This document shows, in pieces, positions 1 to 8,942 of a stretch of 46,741 nt of DNA (position 1 is the stretch's first letter; every line of letters starts with the position of its first letter). The DNA is taken from assembly GCA_031402975.1 (NCBI GenBank), contig JANNSP010000288.1, positions 1-46,741 of the forward strand, read 5' to 3'. A model generated the notes under the pieces. It saw nothing but the letters and a program-made list of their open reading frames with translations, did not search any database and had not been told where the DNA came from. The translations under genes and the position numbers were made by a program. Source of the DNA: Hyphomicrobiales bacterium. Its GTDB lineage: Bacteria; Pseudomonadota; Alphaproteobacteria; Rhizobiales; Aestuariivirgaceae.

Positions 1-147
1 TATGGCCGCCGTGACGATGTCTTCCGTCCTGTCATTGACGAGGACGGTGGCGCCCGCCCGGTGAAATGCTTGGGCGATGGAGAAGCCGAGCCCCCGCCCG
101 GCTCCCGTCACCAGCACCACTTTTCCGGAATAGTCGAAACTGATCAT
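1..147 (-). CDS. Short-chain dehydrogenase/reductase, 5' part only (runs off the window)
   Basis: Manual translation from ATG at 147: MISFDYSGKVVLVTGAGRGLGFSIAQAFHRAGATVLVNDR, containing the TGxxxGxG Rossmann motif. Not in the ORF track because it is truncated. Confidence 0.85.
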   Translation of the reverse strand, partial: MISFDYSGKVVLVTGAGRGLGFSIAQAFHRAGATVLVNDRTEDIVTAAI

Positions 148-227
148 GAACTGCCATCCACACCCCTTCGATATCTCATCCGCGAGGTGTAATTGGAAGG
201 TGCTATGTGCAAGGACGGGTCGAGACC

Positions 228-1232
228 ATGAGTGACATGCGGCGCGAGGCGTTGGAGGCTCCCGAGGCCGTGGCGCGGTTTCTGGAGCGCAACCGGGTGC
301 TGCTGGAAGAATTGGGCGCAAGGCTCAGGCTGGCGCCGCCGCCCGCCGTACTCACCTCGGCCCGCGGCAGTTCCGACAACGCAGCCGGCTATTTCAAATA
401 TCTCACCGAGATACTTACCGGCGTGCCCTGCGCCTCGATCGGCGCGTCGGTGGTTTCGGTCTATGGCGCCGAACTCAAGGCCAGGGGCTGCGTCTCGCTC
501 ACCATCTCGCAGTCCGGCCAGAGCCCCGATATTGTTGCTCTGCAAGAGGCCGCAAGGCAGGCCGGGGCGCTGACCGTGGCGCTGGTCAATGACGAGAGTT
601 CGCCGGCGGCCCTGAACGCAGACATCTGCCTGCCTCTGTATGCCGGCCCCGAACGGAGCGTCGCCGCCACCAAGTCCTTCATCGTCTCGCTTGTGGCGGG
701 TGCTGCCATCGTCGCGCACTGGCGGGACGACCCGCCGTTTCTCGCCGCGGTCGCGGACCTGCCCGAGCGCCTCGCTGCGGCTTCAATGATCGAATGGCCG
801 GACTTCGTCACGCTCGCGCTTCCCGCCGACTCGCTATACGTGCTGGGGCGCGGGCCGTCGCTGCCCATCGCCATGGAAACCGCTCTGAAGCTTAAGGAAA
901 CCTGCGCCATCCATGCCGAGGCGTATTCTTTGGCCGAAGTCATGCACGGACCCTTGGAACTGCTCGGCGAAGGCTTTCCGGTGTTTGCCTTTTCGCCCGG
1001 TGACCAGTCACGCGAATCGGCGTGTCTCGCCATCGCAAAACTTCGCCGAACGGGCGCCAATGTGCTGGTCGCCGGGCCCGGCGGATTGCCCCATGCCGCG
1101 ACCGGCGATCCCCTCCTCGATCCCATTGCCATGATCGAAACAGCTTATCTCGCGATCGAGCGCGTGGCGCTGGGCCGTGGCCGCGATCCCGACCGGCCAA
1201 GGCACCTGATGAAGGTCACCCATACGACCTGA
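228..1232 (+). CDS. SIS-domain sugar-phosphate isomerase/deaminase (GlmS C-terminal-like, NagB-II type)
   Basis: Motifs ARGSS, SQSGQSPD, ERSVAATKSF, ALKLKE, AEVMHGP. No glutaminase domain. ATG 228 preferred over GTG 207. Confidence 0.85.
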   Translation: MSDMRREALEAPEAVARFLERNRVLLEELGARLRLAPPPAVLTSARGSSDNAAGYFKYLTEILTGVPCASIGASVVSVYGAELKARGCVSLTISQSGQSPDIVALQEAARQAGALTVALVNDESSPAALNADICLPLYAGPERSVAATKSFIVSLVAGAAIVAHWRDDPPFLAAVADLPERLAAASMIEWPDFVTLALPADSLYVLGRGPSLPIAMETALKLKETCAIHAEAYSLAEVMHGPLELLGEGFPVFAFSPGDQSRESACLAIAKLRRTGANVLVAGPGGLPHAATGDPLLDPIAMIETAYLAIERVALGRGRDPDRPRHLMKVTHTT

Positions 1233-1408
1233 ATCCGGGGGCCCGCGCCATCGTGGTTCGGGATACTTTCGGCGGGCCGCTCCCACCGAGAGGCCGCCAA
1301 CCTGGTCCATCCGGACTCTGGACTGAGGCCTGGAGAAAGTGTCGAAGTAGGCGTCGTGGCGCCGCTCTGCTAGGATTCATCCGGCGAACGGTAACGTTGA
1401 GGACAGTC

Positions 1409-3055
1409 ATGGCGCAATTCATCAATTCCAGGGACATGCTCGTGGCCGAAGCTCTGGACGGCGGCTTGCGCGCGGCCGGCAGTGCCAAGCTGGCCCGGCT
1501 CGACGGCTTCCCCTCGATCAAGGTGGTTCTCGACACCGATCACAATCCGGCGCGGGTCGCGGTCATCTCCGGCGGGGGCTCCGGCCATGAACCGGCGCAT
1601 GCGGGTTTCGTCGGCAAGGGCATGCTGACCGCCGCGGTGTGCGGCGAGGTCTTCGCGTCGCCCAGCGTGGACGCGGTTCTGGCGGGGATCCTCGCGGTGA
1701 CCGGCAAGGGCGGATGCCTGCTGATCGTCAAGAATTATACCGGCGACAGGCTGAATTTCGGACTGGCGGCGGAACGGGCGCGCGCACTCGGCAGAAGGGT
1801 CGAGATGGTGATCGTCGCCGACGACATCGCGTTGCCTCATCTCGCACAGCCGCGCGGCGTCGCCGGCACCCTCTTCATCCACAAGATCGCGGGCTACCAC
1901 GCCGCGAAGGGTGACAGCCTGGCGCGCGTCGCCGAAATCGCCAGGCGCGCCGCCAAATCCGTTGTGACGCTCGGCATCTCGCTCGGCTCCTGCACCGTTC
2001 CGGGCGCTGCCCGCGACGATCGCGTGCCGCCGGGCAAGGCGGAGCTCGGTCTTGGAATTCATGGCGAACCGGGAGCCGAGCTCATCGATTTCGAGGGCGC
2101 GAGGCAGACCGTGTCCATCCTCTCGGAAAAACTTTTCGCGGCGGTTTCGCCGGCGCGGGGTTACGCTCTGCTTCTCAACAATCTGGGCGGGACCACCGCC
2201 CTTGAGATGGGCGTGATCGCCCATGAATTCCTGTCCGGTCCTTTCGCCAAGAAGATAAAACTTCTCGTCGGGCCAGCGGCGCTCATGACATCGCTCGACA
2301 TGCATGGGCTGTCGGCCAGCCTCTTGCCACTCACGCCCGACATCGAGAAGGCACTCAAGGCGCCGGCGGCCCCCGAGGCCTGGCCCGGTATTTCCGCGCC
2401 GGTGAAACCGGCACTCCGCAAGCTTCCGGAGGAAATCCGGCCGCCGCGCGTCAGGGCCAGCAAGAACCCGGCGCTGCGGAAAATCGTGGAAACCGCCTGC
2501 GATGCGCTCATCGCCGCCGAGACCGCTCTCAACCACCTCGACAGCAAGATCGGAGACGGCGACACAGGCACGACCATGGCGAGCGCGGCGAAAAGTGTCA
2601 AAAGCGCGCTGCCGCAAATGCCTTTGGCGAAACTCGATCTGTTCTTCGGCGCGGTCAGCGATTGCCTGACCAAGACCATGGGCGGCTCCAGCGGCGTGTT
2701 GCTTGCGATCTTTTTCGCTGCCGCCGGCACGGCTGCATCGAATGGCCAATCGTGGGGCCACGCGCTGCAATCGGGTCTGCGCAAAATGCAGGAATATGGC
2801 GGCGCCAATCCTGGCGACCGCACCATGATCGACGCCCTCGAACCGGCGCTTGCGGCGCTGGCAGGCGGCTCGACGTTGGCCGAGGCGGCGGCGATGGCCC
2901 GCAAGGGCGCCGATGCGACGGTGCAAATGCAGAGCGCCCGCGCCGGCCGCGCCAGCTATGTCTCGTCCAGTCATCTGGACGGGGTCGCCGATCCCGGTGC
3001 CGAAGCGGTTGCCATGCTGTTCGAAGCACTCGCCGGTCCGGAGCGGCCGTCCTAG
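1409..3055 (+). CDS. dhaK: Fused DAK1-DAK2 dihydroxyacetone/triose kinase (ATP-dependent type)
   Basis: SGGGSGHEPAH, KNYTGDRLNF and GIHGEPG in the K domain; LDSKIGDGDTG, MGGSSG, GDRTMIDAL, GRASY and DPGA in the L domain. GAGGA RBS before ATG 1409. Confidence 0.92.
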   Translation: MAQFINSRDMLVAEALDGGLRAAGSAKLARLDGFPSIKVVLDTDHNPARVAVISGGGSGHEPAHAGFVGKGMLTAAVCGEVFASPSVDAVLAGILAVTGKGGCLLIVKNYTGDRLNFGLAAERARALGRRVEMVIVADDIALPHLAQPRGVAGTLFIHKIAGYHAAKGDSLARVAEIARRAAKSVVTLGISLGSCTVPGAARDDRVPPGKAELGLGIHGEPGAELIDFEGARQTVSILSEKLFAAVSPARGYALLLNNLGGTTALEMGVIAHEFLSGPFAKKIKLLVGPAALMTSLDMHGLSASLLPLTPDIEKALKAPAAPEAWPGISAPVKPALRKLPEEIRPPRVRASKNPALRKIVETACDALIAAETALNHLDSKIGDGDTGTTMASAAKSVKSALPQMPLAKLDLFFGAVSDCLTKTMGGSSGVLLAIFFAAAGTAASNGQSWGHALQSGLRKMQEYGGANPGDRTMIDALEPALAALAGGSTLAEAAAMARKGADATVQMQSARAGRASYVSSSHLDGVADPGAEAVAMLFEALAGPERPS

Positions 3056-3090
3056 GACCCAGGGATCATCTGGGGACAGACCTTGCCATC

Positions 3091-3189
3091 TTGCTGACGG
3101 CGCTCGATTCCGCCATCGGGGATGCCGATCACGGTCTCAACCTGAAGCGCGGCTTCGCGGCGGTGCTGGGGAATGTAGCGCGGCTATAG
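3091..3189 (+). pseudogene. dhaL: Remnant of a stand-alone DhaL (PTS-dependent dihydroxyacetone kinase L subunit), N-terminal region
   Basis: Frame reads LLTALDSAIGDADHGLNLKRGFAAVLGNVARL*, carrying the DhaL signature LDxxIGDADHGxNxxRGF. No clear RBS; ends at the convergent uxaA-like stop. Confidence 0.75.
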
Positions 3190-4713
3190 TGTCGCGCCCA
3201 CGTGCCAGGGCGCGAACTCGTCGTCGCCATAGCCCAGTTCCTCGCTCTTGGTCGGGCGGCCAGACGCGGTTTCGACGAGCCGATCGAAGATGCGCTGGCC
3301 CATTTCCGCGACCGACGAAGCTCCGTCGGCGATCTCGCCGCAGTTCAGGTCCATGTCGTCTTCCATACGGCGGTACATGGCGGTGTTGGTGGCGAGTTTG
3401 AGACTGGGCGATGGCTTGCAGCCGAAACACGAGCCCCGCCCCGTGGTGAAGCAGATGAGGTTGGCGCCGCCCGCGACCTGACCGGTCACCGAGACCGGAT
3501 CGTAACCCGGCGTATCCATGAACACGAAACCCGGCCTGGTGACCGGTTCGGCATAGAGATACACGTCTTCTAGATTGCTGGTGCCGCCCTTCGCCGCCGC
3601 GCCCAGGGATTTTTCCAGAATGGTCGAAAGTCCGCCCTCCTTGTTGCCGGGCGACGGATTGTTGTCGAGCGAGTCGCCGTTGATCCGGGCGTAGTCCTCC
3701 CACCATTTCAGCAGCGCCAGGAATTTCTCGCCGGTGGCGCGGCTCGCCGCGCGGCTCAACAGCATGTGCTCGGCGCCGTAGATCTCGGGCGTCTCGCTGA
3801 GGATCGAGGTTCCGCCATGGCGCACCAGGATGTCGGATGCGACACCAAGGGCTGGATTGGCGGTGAGGCCCGAGAAGCCGTCCGAGCCGCCACATTGCAG
3901 GCCGAGTTTCAGGTGGCTGACCGGCAAGGCCCGGCGCCGCGCCTCATTCGCGCCGGGCAGCAATTCACGGATACGGTCGACGCCGCCCCGCACGGTCTTC
4001 GCCGTGCCGCCCAGTTCCTGGATGACATAGCGATGGACCCGGTCATTCGCCGCCAGTCCCTGTTCGTCGAGGAGGCGATCGATCTGGTTCGATTCGCAGC
4101 CAAGGCCTACCACCAGCACGGCGGCGAAATTCGGATGCCGCAAATAGCCGCCCATGGTGCGGCGAAGCATGTCGGCCGCCTCGCCATCGCTGCCGGCGGC
4201 GCAACCGAGCGCATGGGTCAGCGCCACGACGCCATCGACATGAGGGAAATCGGCAAGCGCATGAGGCCCGCGGAACTGCTCGGCGATGAGCCGTGCCGCG
4301 GTGTTGGCGCAGTTGACCGAGGTCACCACGCCGATATAGTTGCGGGTGGCGGCTTCGCCACCGGCGCGGAGAATGCCCTGGAACTCCGCGCGCCGGGCCT
4401 CGGGCACGAATTCCGTCGGTCTCGCGGCCAGCCCGATACTGTGGTCGGCGGTACTGGCAATGAAGCTGAGATTGTGCGTGTGCACATGCTGGCCGGGCCC
4501 GATGGCGGCCGTCGCCTGGCCGATGATCTGGCCGTATTTGCGCACCGCCTCGCCGCGCGCAATATCGCGCAACGCCACCTTGTGGCCGCGCTTGACCGGC
4601 TCCGCCGCCGTGACACGGCCGATCCCCAGCGCATCACCCGGATTGAGTTCGCGCAGCGCCACGGCGACATTGTCGGTTGCATCGAGTTGCAGGGCGGGCG
4701 GGCGGTTTTCCAT
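3184..4713 (-). CDS. UxaA/GarD-family sugar-acid dehydratase with N-terminal SAF domain
   Basis: DNVAVAL...GHKVAL...KYGQIIG...HVHTHN (SAF domain); RNYIGV, VGLGCE, LQCGGSDGFSG, SETPE, NPSPGNKEGG, MDTPGYD, FTTGRG. Start ATG 4713 (MENRPPAL). Confidence 0.9.
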   Translation of the reverse strand: MENRPPALQLDATDNVAVALRELNPGDALGIGRVTAAEPVKRGHKVALRDIARGEAVRKYGQIIGQATAAIGPGQHVHTHNLSFIASTADHSIGLAARPTEFVPEARRAEFQGILRAGGEAATRNYIGVVTSVNCANTAARLIAEQFRGPHALADFPHVDGVVALTHALGCAAGSDGEAADMLRRTMGGYLRHPNFAAVLVVGLGCESNQIDRLLDEQGLAANDRVHRYVIQELGGTAKTVRGGVDRIRELLPGANEARRRALPVSHLKLGLQCGGSDGFSGLTANPALGVASDILVRHGGTSILSETPEIYGAEHMLLSRAASRATGEKFLALLKWWEDYARINGDSLDNNPSPGNKEGGLSTILEKSLGAAAKGGTSNLEDVYLYAEPVTRPGFVFMDTPGYDPVSVTGQVAGGANLICFTTGRGSCFGCKPSPSLKLATNTAMYRRMEDDMDLNCGEIADGASSVAEMGQRIFDRLVETASGRPTKSEELGYGDDEFAPWHVGATL

Positions 4714-4714
4714 G

Positions 4715-6151
4715 TCAGATCCTGATCGCCACATTCTTGATCTGCAGGTAATTGCGGATGCCCGCAAGGCCTCGTTCGCGTCCGATGCCGCTCTCCTTCA
4801 TGCCGCCGGTTGGCGCCTGGACACCCCCCATCCACCAGCCATTGATCCACACCGAACCATGATCCAGTCCGCGCATCAGCTTCATGGCCCGGCCGATGTC
4901 CTTGGTATATATGCCGGCGGCCAGGCCATAGCCCAGGCCATTGGCGATCTGGACGGCTGCCACCTCATCGGCAATCGCGATAGCCACGCCCACGGGGCCG
5001 AATATCTCCTCGCGCGCAATGACCATATCCGGCGCCACCCGGTCGAAAATCGTGGGTTCGATGAAGAACCCCCGGTTGAGATGCGACGGGCGGCCTCCGC
5101 CGCGACGCAGTCTCGCGCCTTCCGCCGCGCCCCCCGAAATATAGGCGCGAACCCTGTCATACTGCTCGGCCGAAACCACCGGCCCCAGGTCGTGATTGTC
5201 GATGCCCGGCCCGATCGACAGCGCGCCGGCCTTGGCTATCAGGCGATCGAGAAATTCGTCGTGGATCGCGGGCGCCAGCAGGTAGCGCGACGACGACGAG
5301 CACACCTGCCCGCAGTTCTCGAACGAGGCCATCGCGGCGTCGGCAACGGCACGTTCGAGATCGGCGTCGGCAAACACGATCATCGGATTCTTGCCGCCAA
5401 GTTCCAGCACCACGGGCTTCACTCCCTGCGCGGCGGCGGCCATCACCCGTCTACCGGTCTCGACCGATCCGGTGAAGGTGATACCGCGCACCAGGGGGTG
5501 GCGGACCAGCGCCTCTCCCGCCTCTTCGCCGAGGCCGGTTACGATATTGACGACGCCCGGCGGAAACCCCGCCTTCTCGATCAGATCGGCAAAAGCCAGC
5601 GCCGACAACGGCGACTGCTCGGCTGGTTTCAATATGCAAGCGCAGCCCGCGGCCAACGCCGGGGCCAGCGACCGCATGGCCATGCCGAGCGGAAAATTCC
5701 ACGGCACGATATGCGCGGTGACGCCGAGTGGTTCAAGAATGGTGAAATCGACCACGTCCGGGCCGAGCGGAATGCTGCTGCCCTCGATCTTGTCGGCGGC
5801 GCCGGCATTGTAACGCAGGGTCGCCACGGCGCCGTCGATATCGCCAAGAGAATCCTTCGAGGGTTTGCCGACATCGAGGGTTTCCAGCCGCGCCAGATGC
5901 TCGCGCGAGACTTCGACCTGATCCGCCAGAGCGAACAGCAGACGCCCGCGCTCGGCCGGACTGAACCTCGCCCAGCCGCCGGTCATGGCGCGGTTGGCGG
6001 CCCGCGCCGCCTGATCGATATCGTCCGCTCCGGAGCGCGCGAAACTGGCGATCGGCTCCTCGGTGGCGGGATTGATGGTCACCAGATACGAGCCGCCGGA
6101 CGGCGCCACCCAGCGATTGTCGATGAAATTCAATCCACGATGATCAGCCAC
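4715..6151 (-). CDS. NAD(P)-dependent aldehyde dehydrogenase
   Basis: PWNFP, KPAEQSP, FTGSVETG, LELGGK (catalytic Glu), GQVC (catalytic Cys), EEIFGPV, SGIGRE. GTG start at 6151 overlaps the upstream stop. Confidence 0.92.
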   Translation of the reverse strand: MADHRGLNFIDNRWVAPSGGSYLVTINPATEEPIASFARSGADDIDQAARAANRAMTGGWARFSPAERGRLLFALADQVEVSREHLARLETLDVGKPSKDSLGDIDGAVATLRYNAGAADKIEGSSIPLGPDVVDFTILEPLGVTAHIVPWNFPLGMAMRSLAPALAAGCACILKPAEQSPLSALAFADLIEKAGFPPGVVNIVTGLGEEAGEALVRHPLVRGITFTGSVETGRRVMAAAAQGVKPVVLELGGKNPMIVFADADLERAVADAAMASFENCGQVCSSSSRYLLAPAIHDEFLDRLIAKAGALSIGPGIDNHDLGPVVSAEQYDRVRAYISGGAAEGARLRRGGGRPSHLNRGFFIEPTIFDRVAPDMVIAREEIFGPVGVAIAIADEVAAVQIANGLGYGLAAGIYTKDIGRAMKLMRGLDHGSVWINGWWMGGVQAPTGGMKESGIGRERGLAGIRNYLQIKNVAIRI

Positions 6152-7025
6152 GCACGGCTCCGCTCGATATGCCCTGGATGAAGTAGCGCTGCAGCACCAG
6201 AAACACCAGCACGCTCGGCAGGCTGAGCACCGTGATGCCCGCCATCGCCGCGGCATAGCCCTCGAGTTGCGTTGCCGTGCCGTGCACCGGCGTGAACGCC
6301 GCGATGCCGACGGGCAGCGTCTTCATGGTGTCGTCGAAGGTGACCAGCAGGGGCCACAGGAAGTTGTTCCAGTTGAGCACGAAGACGATCACCGTGGCGG
6401 CGATCAGCGGCGCCCGCGCCAGAGGCATGGCGATCTTCCAGAAGATCAGCCCGTGGCCCGCCCCGTCGATCCGCGCCGCATCTTCGAGATCGCGCGGGAA
6501 GTTGAGAAAGAACTGGCGGAAGATCAGTACGCTGAACACATTTCCGATCGAGGGCAGGATGAGCGACTGATAGGTGTTGGCCCAGCCGACCTTGATGATG
6601 CCGAGCAACATGGGAATCGCATAGACCTCGATCGGCACCATCAGGGACGCGATATAGAGCAAGAACAGGATTTTCTTGCCGGGGAAATCGAGCCGGGCCA
6701 GCGCATAGCCCGCCATGGCGCCGGCCAGCACGCACAGCGCCGTGCTCGAGAAGACGACGATCACGCTGTTGAGGGCCCAGCGGCCGATCGGATATTTGGT
6801 GAAGATGTCGACATAGTTCTGCACGGTGACCCGGCGCGGAAACCATTCGATGTCGGCCGACATCACGTCGCCGGAATATTTGAACGAGGTCGAAACCATC
6901 CATACGAACGGCATGATCCACAGCGCGGCGACCGCCAGTCCCAAAAGCCACGCGGGGATATCGCCGGGCCGGAGATTGTAGCCCTTGAGGAAGCGCCGGA
7001 ACTTGCCGCGGACGGTGGTTGCCAT
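6144..7025 (-). CDS. Carbohydrate (CUT1) ABC transporter permease, MalG-like
   Basis: Hydrophobic segments, AGYALAR, EAA loop PRDLEDAARIDGA, WNNFLWP. The true start is MATTVRG at 7025; the longer ORF-track N-terminus overlaps the upstream gene. Confidence 0.92.
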   Translation of the reverse strand: MATTVRGKFRRFLKGYNLRPGDIPAWLLGLAVAALWIMPFVWMVSTSFKYSGDVMSADIEWFPRRVTVQNYVDIFTKYPIGRWALNSVIVVFSSTALCVLAGAMAGYALARLDFPGKKILFLLYIASLMVPIEVYAIPMLLGIIKVGWANTYQSLILPSIGNVFSVLIFRQFFLNFPRDLEDAARIDGAGHGLIFWKIAMPLARAPLIAATVIVFVLNWNNFLWPLLVTFDDTMKTLPVGIAAFTPVHGTATQLEGYAAAMAGITVLSLPSVLVFLVLQRYFIQGISSGAVRG

Positions 7026-7027
7026 GT

Positions 7028-7906
7028 TCAGCGCTCGCGGACGACGGCGCGGCTGAGCAGGGTGACGATCAGGATCACCGCGAACAGCATCATCGACACG
7101 GCGGCGGCGAAGCCGAATTTCTGGTTGCGGATCGCCACGGTATAGATTTCGTAGAGCACCGAGGTCGACGACGACGCCGGGCCGCCATTGGTCATCACAT
7201 AGACTTGGCTGAAAATGCGCAGTGTCGAAATCAGCTGCAGTGTCAGCACCATCGAAAGCACTGGCCGGAGCTGCGGCAGGGTCACGTAGCGGAATCGCTG
7301 CCAGCCGGTGGCGCCGTCGATCTCGGCGGCGTCGTAGAGATCGGCCGGGATGTCCTGGAGGGCCGCCAGAAACAGGACGAACGCCAGTCCCATGTCCCAC
7401 CAGATCGAGGCGATACTGACGCCAACCAGAGCCCAGCTCGTGTTGGTGAGCCACGGTATGTAGTCGAAACCGAGATAGCTCAGATAATGGTTGATGAGCC
7501 CGAAGCGGGTATCGAGCAGCCACACCCAGACCAGCCCGATGACGGTGGCCGACACTACGTAGGGCGAGAAGAAACACACCCTGGCGAAGGACGACAGCGG
7601 CCAGCGCTGGTGGACATAGAGAGCTGCGGCGAGGCCAAGCACCATGACGCCCGGAACGATGGTCAAGCCGTAAAGCAGGATGTTCTTGAAGGCGATGCGG
7701 ACCTGGTCGTTGTCCAGCGCGTCGCGGTAGTTCTTGAGACCCACGAAGCGCGGCGATCCGAAAATCCCCCATTGCATGAAGGACAGATAGGCGGAGAACA
7801 AAATGGGCAGCACGTTGAACAGCAGGAACGGCACGGTGAACATCGCCACGAAGGCATAAGCCACCCAGTCGGTGGGCCGGTCCAGATCGCGGCGGATGGC
7901 CCGCAT
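7028..7906 (-). CDS. Carbohydrate (CUT1) ABC transporter permease, MalF-like
   Basis: FVGLKNY, IPADLYDAAEIDGA, VTLPQLRP, MTNGGP. Confidence 0.92.
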   Translation of the reverse strand: MRAIRRDLDRPTDWVAYAFVAMFTVPFLLFNVLPILFSAYLSFMQWGIFGSPRFVGLKNYRDALDNDQVRIAFKNILLYGLTIVPGVMVLGLAAALYVHQRWPLSSFARVCFFSPYVVSATVIGLVWVWLLDTRFGLINHYLSYLGFDYIPWLTNTSWALVGVSIASIWWDMGLAFVLFLAALQDIPADLYDAAEIDGATGWQRFRYVTLPQLRPVLSMVLTLQLISTLRIFSQVYVMTNGGPASSSTSVLYEIYTVAIRNQKFGFAAAVSMMLFAVILIVTLLSRAVVRER

Positions 7907-7918
7907 GGCGTTTTCGCT

Positions 7919-8869
7919 TTACTCCGGCAGCACGCCGGGAACGCCGGAGTCGATCATCATCCGGCGGCAACGCTCGCGGTAGTCCTTACGGATGTCGCGC
8001 GTCGGCGGGCGGCAGCGGCTCGAATCGAGTCCCACCAGTTCCATGCACAGCTTGTCGAGATAGCCGTCGCCGCTGGTAAAGTTCGCCTCGATGCCGAGCC
8101 ACAGCTTGTAGAACGGCAGGGCATTCTCGGCCAAGGCGATCTGCGCTTCGGCATAACGCCCGGCGTCGAGATCGTCGACCAGTCTGATCCCCCATTCCGG
8201 CCAGTAGTTGCAAAGATGCACTTCATAGGCGCGGGCGCCCAGAATGTGGCTCGACGGAAATTTCAGGTTGTTGTCGATGAAGGTGAAACGCTTGGCGAAA
8301 TTGATGATGATGTCCTCGAATTCCATCGAGTCGGAGCGCGGCGTCGCCCATTTGAGCCCCACCACCTGGGGAATTTCGGCGAGCCGCTCGACCAGCCGGA
8401 ACGACACGCCGGAACTGGTCCAGAACGTATTGTAGATGATGATGCCGATATCGGCGGCCTCGGCCGCGGCGCAGACATGCTCGTAAAAGTCTTCCTCGGT
8501 GTGGCTGAAATAGAATGGACACGAGACCTGGATGAATTCCGCTCCGGCCTTCTGTGCTGCCTTCGCAAGGCGCTTGAGCTCCAGCGTGCTGGTGGTCTGG
8601 GCGCCCATCGCCACCGGCACGCGGCCGGCGGTTTCCTCGACAACGGCGTCGACGGTGCGGACCCGCTCGTCGAAACTCATGGTCGAGAAATCTCCCGCAG
8701 CACCTCCGGCGAGAAAGACACCGTATTTCTCCGTGATGCCGCGCTCGATCAGGAACCTTACATTGCGCCGCGTGGCCGCCACATCGAGATCGAGATCGGG
8801 ATCGCGGAACATCGTGGGAATGGTGATGTAACAGCCCTCGAGGCGCTTCTTGGTCTTCTCGATATCCAT
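7919..8869 (-). CDS. DHDPS/N-acetylneuraminate lyase-family class I aldolase or dehydratase
   Basis: IPTMF, GGAAGDFSTMSFDER, GRVPV, IIIYN (Tyr), VVGLKW (Schiff-base Lys), CRPP. AAGGA RBS before ATG 8869. Confidence 0.85.
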   Translation of the reverse strand: MDIEKTKKRLEGCYITIPTMFRDPDLDLDVAATRRNVRFLIERGITEKYGVFLAGGAAGDFSTMSFDERVRTVDAVVEETAGRVPVAMGAQTTSTLELKRLAKAAQKAGAEFIQVSCPFYFSHTEEDFYEHVCAAAEAADIGIIIYNTFWTSSGVSFRLVERLAEIPQVVGLKWATPRSDSMEFEDIIINFAKRFTFIDNNLKFPSSHILGARAYEVHLCNYWPEWGIRLVDDLDAGRYAEAQIALAENALPFYKLWLGIEANFTSGDGYLDKLCMELVGLDSSRCRPPTRDIRKDYRERCRRMMIDSGVPGVLPE

Positions 8870-8894
8870 GGGCGATCCTTTGGGACGGCGCAAA

Positions 8895-8922
8895 CGGCCC
8901 GCTCCCTGTCCGGAACGGGCCG
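8895..8922 (-). terminator. Stem-loop after the solute-binding-protein gene (partial terminator or mRNA stabiliser)
   Basis: Minus-strand RNA CGGCCCGUUCC-GGACAG-GGAGCGGGCCG forms an 11-bp stem with one G-U pair, followed by UUU. Confidence 0.55.
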
Positions 8923-8942
8923 CCCGCGAATGACGATGAGGC

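Noticed and set aside
1233-1408. 176-nt intergenic region as a possible sRNA or gene remnant
   Set aside because: I found no recognisable structure, repeat or protein motif by eye; it is probably just the dhaK promoter region.
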